Shown one piece after another: positions 36,801 to 45,365 of a stretch of 45,365 nucleotides of DNA. The position numbers and the translations under genes were made by a program. The number at the start of each line of letters is the position of its first letter. Position 1 is the stretch's first letter. Below the pieces are notes generated by a model, which was not told the origin of the DNA, did no database searches, and saw only the letters and a list, made by a program, of their open reading frames with translations. This stretch comes from Jimgerdemannia flammicorona (lineage: Eukaryota): positions 1 to 45,365 of the forward strand of contig RBNJ01000062.1 in assembly GCA_003990765.1 (NCBI GenBank), in the 5' to 3' direction.

Positions 36801-38673
36801 GATCAAGGCCTAAAATTCATATTCACTACTAATACATCAAATTTTATCATTGAAGTAGTCCTGTTACAAGATGATGGCAAAGGACATCACTCTATTGCTT
36901 TTAAGTTCTGCAAGCTAGCCCTAGCTGAACAAAAGCTAGCTACTCATGAGAAGAAACTACTAGCATTAATATATACACTAGACCACTGGTGATGCTATCT
37001 AGAAGGTGTTGAGTTTGATATCATTACTGATCATCAATCTCTCAAATACATCAACACCCAACCTACTCTGTCACATCTACAAGCCAAGTGGAGCCTCAAG
37101 CTTCAAACCTTCAATCTGACAATTATCTACAAGCCTGGCAAGATACTGGTAGTACCAGATGCCTTATCAAGACATCCAGACCTTACTACAATCATACAAG
37201 TCACCTTGGCATCAGAATTCCTAGACCAAATCAGGCAAGCTTACAAAGAAGACACAGTTGCCACTAGAGTTTTCTCAAATGAACTCACAAATACATATGT
37301 ATACTATCAAAAACAATCTGATCTATCATCAAGACCAAGTCTATCTACCTGAAAACATAAACCTATGTTACAAGGTTTTGCAAGAACACCATGACTCTCC
37401 TCTTACCAGTCACCTGGGAATTGAGAAGACTGTCAAGAATATCCAATGCCACTATTATTGGCCAAACATTGTCAAAGAAATCAAGAACTATATTGCCAGC
37501 TGTGATCTATGTCAGTGCAACAAGTCTACCAACCAAGTACCCACCAGTTTGCTACAACTACTGCCAATTTCTACCAAGAAGTTCGAGCAAGTCACTATGG
37601 ACTTTATAACTCAACTATCACAAACTCAATCTGGTACTGATGCTATCATCATATTTATTGACCACCTGACCAAGACTATGGTTGCTGAACCAACTACTAC
37701 CAATGCTACTGCATCTGAGATTGCAAGAATCTTCTTCAAGTCCATCTTCTATCACTATAGTCTACTATAAGTAATTGTTAGCAATCACAACCCCAAGTTC
37801 ACCAGCTACTTCTGAAAAACCCTCTTTAAGACTCTGGGAACCCAATTGGCTTTATCTACTGCCTTTCACTTACAAACCAATAGACAAACTGAGCACATAA
37901 ACAGAACTCTAGAACAAATGCTTAGAAACTATATTTCTTATAAGTAAGATGATTGGGACATCTACCTGACTTATACAGAGTTTGCATACAACAAGGCTGT
38001 CCAATTATCTACTGGTCTTTCTCCTTTTTGGTTACTCTATGGTCAAGATCCTGAGACCCCTACAAGTCTATTCCTTTTTAAGAAAACCAGTCAAATACAA
38101 GTCCCAACTGCCAAGAACCTTATAGACAAAATGGATGAACTACTCAAGATTGCTACCATAAACCTTCAGAAGGCTCAACAGTATCAAGTCAAGTATGCTG
38201 ACAAGAAACACCATGATGTCACTTATACTGTTGAAGATCAAGTCCTACTGTCTACCAAGAACCTCAAGATACAATCTCAAGTCAACTGCCCTTTGAATAA
38301 GTTCCAACCCAAGTATATTGGACCTTTCAAGATTACTGAACAAGTCTCTGCATCCTCCTATCATCTCAAGCTACCTGAAACAATGAGAGTACACTCAGTC
38401 TTTCATGTGTCACACCTCAAGACCTGGAACCAGTCACCACCCTACTCTGGTTAAATTCTAAAGCCTTTCGCCCCTGTGATTATTGAAGACCATATCAAGT
38501 ATAAAGCTGAGAAAATTCTTGTTAAATGAATCTGCTACCACTATTCTGAATACCTAGTCAAGTGGATGAGTTATCCTGAATATGATGTTATCTGGAAACC
38601 ACTAGTCAACCTCAAGAACTCTCAAGATCTAGTTCAAGACTTCAAGATAAAATGCATTACCCAATCTCTATAG
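33876..38673 (+). pseudogene. Gag-dUTPase-PR-RT-RH-IN-chromodomain polyprotein of E
   Basis: LQGNAAIWW, PMDLD, LIDSRAAGNFI, SPYGSPVLFVKKK, YHDD, ITDHQSLKY, HLGIEKT, SCDLCQ, VTMDFI, PKYIGPF, EYLVKWMSYPEYDVIWKP (chromodomain, about 38490-38645). Confidence 0.95.
34851..35264 (+). pseudogene. dUTPase domain between Gag and protease in E
   Basis: LKIQKLHPKAQVP*YQTEGAIGLDL...VPTGI...YAKIAP*SGLSIKHHLDVGTSIIDPDF*GQVQVLL...GDRVAQMILEK...KGFGSTD. In frame with both gag and protease. Confidence 0.92.
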
Positions 38674-38974
38674 TGACTTTCTTGGATTATTGACAACCTA
38701 TGGTAATGACCAGTGCCTTATGCATCAGAAGTTTACTTTGGGACCCTGGAATCAGCAGAACATTTAATGAATAAGAAGTCCACTGAAATGAAGCTACTAG
38801 CTAGGTTTGAACCCCTCCTAGTTAGTCAGTCTGAAAATAGGCCCTCTGCCCTATATAAGGATGGCCAATTCCTGCTAATACACCAATTCAAGTTTGAGAA
38901 ATTTTGGTAAAGTATATCTAGTCTTATATTATCTAAGAACTCAATGAGGATATTGGTTCTTAAGGAGGGAGGGA

Positions 38975-39439
38975 TGTAACAATTTCACAGTCATATTTAG
39001 TCTTAGTAGATTTTTCACATCTTTTAGTCAGTCTTTTCTTGTCATTTCTTGAATATTCTACTATGTTCTGGTACCTTCTACTTGCTTAGAAACCTTCTCT
39101 CAGTACCCAGACACTACTAGAATATTCTTGTCTTTCCTTAGCACTAAGTATCTTATCTCAGCTAGTCATGGAACCTTTTGAAACATTGTAGAATAGTATT
39201 AGTCAGCTTTGCTGAGAACCTATTTTTTGGTATTTCTCTTTCTTTCCAAGATCCTTCTGGATCTTTCTTTCAGATCATATATAAATATCCTTGTTCTCTG
39301 TCTGAATAAAGCTCAGAATATTTTCTCTCAGAAATCCTTCAAGAACACTTGAACCTTTAAGTATCTCTTTAAGCTACTTTAGGCCAACTAGAACTTCTAG
39401 ATTTAGCCACTTCCTCTTAAAGAAACTAGAACCATTATA
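38975..39439 (+). repeat. 3' LTR of E
   Basis: Direct repeat of 33332-33785. Confidence 0.95.
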
Positions 39440-42400
39440 AAGGCTATAGATAGTACAATTTTCACTCTAAGGTATATATATAGAACTTTTTAAAAATAGC
39501 TAGTAAATTTTGGTTCTTAGTCACTAACAGTAATCTTAGGAGGACTATAATAGTAGAAGATGTTGTTAAATAAGAGTATAGCAATTTTAAGTACTATTGC
39601 AGTTATAGCCATAGATATGAAGTGAACTTGTTTACTAAGATAATTTACAAAGACAACAATTGCATCTTTCATTCTTAGTTTGGGATAGTTATATAATGAA
39701 GTTTATAGAGATTTATTTCCAATTCATAGAGAGTACAGAAATAGAATAGAGTAGTCTGGGTTTTGCTAGTTTTGAGGACTTATTGTATTGTCAGATATTA
39801 CAGAAAGTGATAGAAGTCTTTAACTGATCTATCATATAGGACTAATAGAAGTTTTAGAAAATAACTTTATAATATTTATTAAATCCTAGATGTCTAGCTT
39901 TAGAGTTATCATAATATTCAAATAGGATAGTGCTTCAGAGGTCTTATTGTTAGGAATATATAATCTATTCTTATAATAGATAGTATTATCTTTCAATTAG
40001 TATTAATAATACCAAGAGTATTTGTCAATATCATCACTGCTCAGAATATCTCAGAGTGCTTGAGCTTCTTTATCATCAGAAATGCTATAATAATTTATTC
40101 CATAATAAAGTTGGTAACTAAGATGAGAGTTTATATGACTTCTTTAATTAGTGGTCTGAAGATATTTCATTGTCAAAATTGGTGAGGACTTTTATCTATC
40201 TGGCTTGCTTTTGAGAAAGAGTAGCCCAGATCTTGATATTGATTAATGATTTATAGTCTATTAATATGGTGAAGTATGATTCTTTGAGATATATGTAGTT
40301 ACTATTTAATCAGGGTGTCTACAATGGCTAATATTTCTTTCTTATGAGTTATATAGTTAATTTCAGCATTATTGAACTAGTGAGAGTGATAGGCTATAGA
40401 GTATTCATCTTACATAAGTACTGCTTCAAGAGCTAGATCAGAGGAATTAGTAGTAACTTTATATAGTAGAGTATGATTTTTCACTTAAAGTACTGGAGTA
40501 GTTATCAGAGTATCTTTTAGAGGATTTCACATTTGCTGAGTTTTACAAAGAGTTGGATTTCTTGAAGCTTTAGTAGTACTAGTTTAAGATGTTTCAGATA
40601 TTCCTCCAGAGTTTTTCTGAAGACTCAGATGTTATCAATGTAAACAATAACAAATTTGTCTAGATATAGGTATAGAATAGTATTCATCAGAATCAGAAAG
40701 GTTGCTGGAGCATTGGTTAAGCCAAAGGACATAACTAGGAACTCAAAATATTCAAAAGACAGTTTTGTAGATATCTTCTTTTATGACAATTTACCAGTAG
40801 CTATTTTATAGATCAAAGAGCTTATGAATTATAGATTAGTAAGCCTATCAAATATTTTATTAATTCAGAGTAGTAAATAACAGTTCTTATTGGTCTGTTC
40901 ATTGAGGTCCCAGTAGTCAATATATATTCATAGGTCTCTTCTTTTTTGATGATGAAGAGAACTAGTATACTATATGATAATATACTAGGTTTAATGAATT
41001 CTGGTTCTAGGAGTTCATTGATTTCCTTCTTAAATATATTAATTTCTTTAGGAGATATGTAATAGATTGAGTTTAAGACTGGCTTGATATCTGATACATA
41101 TGGTTTTGATTGTATGATCAACTACTTATTTAGGTAATAGACCTTTTGGAAGTTTCTTTAAGAATATATCTTTTTATTCTAGAGTAAGGGTCTAATATAA
41201 TTGTTGACTTTAAAAAAGTCTTCTTCAAGATTCTTAGGTTGTTCTTTAGATAGTTATATAGATATAGCAAAGAGAGGGCATTTCTTGGCTGATTTCTGGA
41301 GTTATAGTTTATTGATACATATGAGTGATCTTTGGACCTGAGTTATTAGAACTGAGTGGGTCATTTTTACCTTAGAGTTTGAAATTATATATTCTTTCTT
41401 GATGATCAGAGAATAGTTTACTCAATCAATCATAGGGTTCTTCTGTTTTAACTATAGAGTCTCAAGGATGATCACATTGTCAGAAAGTAGTACAATTTAG
41501 AAAATAACATATACTTAGTAGTTGCCAATTCTGAAGGAAAAATTGTAGACTTTCTTACTGATGATATATAAGATTTTATCAGCTATAGTGACAGCTTGAG
41601 TTTATCATACTAAAGAGGTCAGAACTTTAAGTCTGTTGGCTGTTTCTTTATTGATGAAATTATCTGAGGTACTACTATCTACTATAATCTTGACAAGAGC
41701 TCAATTAATAAAAGCTTAGAGAGTAAGCAGTTAGTTTGATCTAATTGTGGTGATTTTAGTTATTAGAGACATTCTTCTATTGACTCTTCATTGGGCCAGT
41801 TCATTGATATAAGAAAAGCAACTATTGATTATTCAGAAAGAGTATATTTCAATACCATGAGGATATCAATCACTTGGTACAAATCTATCTTCAATTTTCC
41901 TGTAGAATTATTCTTTCTTATTTGTAGTAGATTGGGCTAGAGCTTTGTTTGATAATATAAATCCTTTAGATCCTTAGATAGTAGATAGTAGTTTGGGAAC
42001 TTTCTTGACTATCAGAGTTAATTTTATTTTCTCAAATAGAATCTGAGCAATATAGTAATCAATAGGAATCCTTGAATAATATCCAACTATGGTTTCAGAT
42101 GAGGATAAAATTTTTGTCTGTTTAATCTTCATCAATGACTCCTCTTTCTACTGAGAGTTCTTTTAATACTAGGCTGCTGTAACAATATATCCTTTCAATA
42201 TATTCTTCAGAAATTTGAATGCTAATTCCTATATAGACTTGCTTAACTTCTCAGTTGGAAACTATAGCTTTTTCAGCTATATATAGGACATATCTAGCTG
42301 TTTTTTAACTTTCTTTGATTGGGGCTATAGCTGTTATCCTTAACTTGACAAGTCTAGTATCTGGATAGTCAGATTGTTGAGATGATGCAGAGTAATAACA

Positions 42401-42659
42401 GTAGCTTATATTATTGTTCAGGGTTTTTAATTGAGATAGATACTGACTATGTATCCTGTCTTTTAGCAATAGAAGTATACTCAACTTCTTTGAAGTTTGT
42501 TTATTTCTCCTTCGGTGAGTTTTTTGAAGATACTCAGCTAAGTAGATTCAGAATTTCAGGATATCTATAAGGTAGTTGTCCTAGAGGATAATGGGATATA
42601 TATTAGCCTACATAAATCTGTATGTATAAGATTAAGGATCCCAGATATATACTTTAATC

Positions 42660-43686
42660 ATTCCTCAAATAGTCATCAGAATGCTTTGTTTTCTATACAT
42701 ATCTTATAAAACATATCCTCCAGATATATATGTATTGGTAATCCATTCATTTAGCTATTTTGGATCATACTTTTGAGGCTTAATTTGCCAATATATTCTA
42801 AGTAGTAATGCTATATATAGAATACATCAGATATAATTATTATATATATGGAGGCTTTTATACTATTCTCATTTAGCATACTATTGATTGTGTAAAGATT
42901 GTTATATTTTGAGGCTGTTATCAGCTCATTGTCATCCAAATTATATATAGTTGTATTATTTGAGTATATATATATATATTTATAACTGTGGGATATCATT
43001 TTGCCTATTGAAAAGAGGTTTTTGTTGATTTTTAAAGTATATAGTATGTCTAGAAAGATGGCAGTAGGTTCTATAATATTGCTGTAGAGATATATCTCTA
43101 TATTTTCCTTTTCTTGAGTATAGATGACATTGTTATCTCCTAGTTTGATAGATATAGAGTATTTGAATAACTCATATATATAGACCTATTTTCTATATAG
43201 CATCATATATTATATGACTTCAGAATTCATTAGTCAGATATTATTTTCATTGACTATATTTACAGTATATTCATCAGATATATGGCTGATATCATTGCTA
43301 CTTTTCTTTGAGCAAAACATATTTTACTGACTAAGATTTGTAGATAACATATTGATGGATTTAGCAGTAAGAATATAGTCATCTACATACATTGCTTACA
43401 TGAAAAATATACCACCATTTTTATCTATTTTGGTAGTATTTGCATTATCATGCTTCTCTTTATCTTAATAATTCTTTTTATATCTATAGTGACTTTTTTG
43501 AAACTTATTTTTACTGCTCTTCTTGTCATTTTCCCAGTAATAGCAATTGTACTTCCTGTATCTATACTTGCTACAGTATTTATAGTAATTATCATACTTA
43601 GTTAATTGGCTGGACTAGTTATCATATTAATTTTGGGTTTGGGTTTATTGCTCTTATTATTGTCTATTTTTAGTCTCATTTGATAC
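42660..43686 (-). mobile_element. Old Ty1/Copia fragment (gag knuckle to protease region), cut by G
   Basis: Minus strand NCYY (knuckle remnant, about 43545), *LMNSEVI (eroded WLMDSGA, about 43225), INKNLFSIG (compare GKNLFSMG in B, about 43015). Confidence 0.55.
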
Positions 43687-45365
43687 TGTTATCTATGGGA
43701 CCTATAGAAGATATTTTCATCATTATTACCACTGTTTTCTTAATATTGTAACAGTGATCCCAGAATGATGACATCAGTACAGGAGACAGTCTTTCCTTAC
43801 AAGCTACCAGATCAGAGCACAAAAAGATCATACAGCATATGAGATGAGCAATAATGACCAACTGTGAGTCATTGTGACCACAGTATAGTACCTCGAGGAA
43901 TATAAAAGAAGGATCAAGGAACTGCAGTAGCAGCAAACCCACAAGACCCACTAATCCCAAAATAGCTCAAAGACTTACCATAAATAAAATGCCTGCTGCT
44001 CACCAAACCTCAAGGTCAAGGAACCACCAAGGCACCTCAGTTGAAGAAAGGATGTTATAAGACATTCAGAGAGCTATGAGAACCTGCTCAAGAAGAACTC
44101 CTAGTGTCAACCTGGGTACTGGTGACCCATATCATTATATTCTCTACCACCATGAAATTGAAACAAGGATCACCATTGCTACTGAATGCCTCCAAATATG
44201 GCAGAAGTACAAAATAGGAAATCTCCTCTGCCAGGAGTTCCCACAGGCTAGCCCTCAAGAGCTACAAGATACCACTCTCATGGATATATGCAAGGTAAGA
44301 ATGGCCAAGAAGATCCATTAGATCTTCAGGTATGTATGCACTATGATCAATCCCCAACTTGGAGTATATTAGAGTCTCAGATTTCAGAGACCTATCATCC
44401 TGCTATATCAATACACTAGAAGCCAGAGTAGCTACAGAAGCCCAGTCCACTATCACCCTCAATAGTGATGAAGTAGAAGACTTCTGGCATCCCATCCTCC
44501 AGAACAACCCAGACTAATTCTTGTAAGGATTGATCTCAGTATTCCAAGGCCCAAGCATCTAGGTCAGACCTCTCCAAGACCCCACATTTGTTCCTTATTT
44601 TGTTGAAGAGAACCTCATAGATTGGAGAGCCCCCAATTTCCCTGCTGCTAAATGTGATGACATCATCGGTGATGACATCATCCCATGCAACTTCAATATA
44701 TATAAAACACATGACCTATATGATAAATTTGCCGTCCTCATCTTCTTTGAAGATATCCTGACCTCTGATGATGAGGATGAAGCCACCATGGTCTTGAACA
44801 TTTTACTCTAAGTCTCTTGTTATACTGGATAATGCCAGCACTGATATTCTGAGGTGATATAGAATTGTTCTAGTACTAGTATTTTGATGTAATACTAAAT
44901 AATACTAGCACCAGTATTCTGATGTGATACTGAATTATACCAGCATCCTGAACCTGTACAACCATCAGTACCGACCCTGAAACTTAGTAGTTCTAGTTAT
45001 TGAAATTTATATTTAGCTTTATATCTTAGCAACTATTGAATTATATTTTGTATAAATATCCCTCTTATTTCCTCTAAAATAAAGTCAGTTCTGGTTTCAC
45101 TTATACACACTTCCTTGCAAGCAATCTAAGAGATAACAAAATAGTAAAAGATAAGAAGTTTGAGAACTCTAAGACCTTAGAAAGGCACTCCAATAAGAAC
45201 TTGATTATAATAAACTTGAGTTAGTCTAAGAGATATATCTTGAAGAGAATCTGGTATATTTGAAGGACTCAGCGACCACTACATGACAACTTGGTGCCCA
45301 TTGGCTGGTGATACAAGACAAATTCCTCACTTTCAAGCTGAAAAATGAATAACCCCAACAACAAC
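43687..45365 (+). mobile_element. Ty3/Gypsy element G: 5' LTR of about 1.6 kb (43687-45288), PBS and start of the internal region (runs off the window)
   Basis: TGTTAT...ATGACA termini, then acttggtgcccattggctg...aagacaaat...ctcactttcaagc, nearly identical to the leader of C. TATA-like box at 45051, AATAAA at about 45078, 35-bp tandem repeats at 44830-44945. Confidence 0.75.
43989..44810 (+). pseudogene. Gypsy accessory ORF inside the putative 5' LTR of G
   Basis: MPAAHQ...ML*DIQRAM...VNLGTGDPYHYILYHHEI...LQIWQKYKIGNLL...RMAKKIH*IFRY, with acidic tail DILTSDDEDEA. Collinear with the ORF in D. Confidence 0.65.

Larger units (their letters stand above)
33332..39439 (+). mobile_element. Chromovirus-type Ty3/Gypsy element E (full length, degraded)
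   Basis: LTRs 33332-33785 and 38975-39439; 5-bp TSD AAGGC (33327-33331, 39440-39444); PBS TGGTAGCAG (33788, tRNA-iMet-like); PPT aaggagggaggga (38962-38974). Confidence 0.95.
32560..42600 (-). mobile_element. Heavily degraded chromovirus-type Ty3/Gypsy element F, interrupted by E; LTRs not resolved
   Basis: Minus-strand remnants: VKIIVDSSTSDNFIN (PR, about 41670); VMSFGLTNAPATF and VIVYIDNI (RT, 40620-40740); SD*EPKFTS...SIAF|YFKTDG*TKRMN (IN, joined across E); KLNSKFIGLFKV...IHPIFNV; EYLIK*KDYSIYDAIW (chromodomain, about 32600). Confidence 0.8.

Overview
Eukaryotic, most likely fungal, transposon graveyard. No intact host gene, RNA gene or CRISPR array is visible. The main structure is a degraded, intron-containing hAT DNA transposon (5733-30299; short TIRs, 8-bp TSD with 1 mismatch). 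It has been inflated to about 24.6 kb by nested LTR retrotransposons: Ty3/Gypsy element A (10629-20560, minus strand) and an internally deleted Gypsy C (21383-29772), which itself holds a young Ty1/Copia B (23669-28970). Also present: a truncated second hAT copy (about 1900-5187) carrying a 2.4-kb solo-LTR-like insertion D; chromovirus E (33332-39439) nested in an older chromovirus F; a Copia fragment; a possible LINE tail; and the 5' LTR of Gypsy G at the right edge. Everything is eroded by C>T/G>A transitions (CpG, and CpA in older layers), more so in older layers. Most notable: (1) the hAT carries a second, convergent, spliced gene whose eroded product looks like a TET/JBP-like 2OG-Fe(II) dioxygenase, a candidate anti-methylation cargo; (2) four different Gypsy elements share an uncharacterised accessory ORF family, after integrase in two and inside the LTR in the other two; (3) two Gypsy lineages carry dUTPase at different polyprotein positions. 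All protein assignments come from manual translation and motif recognition, not database searches.
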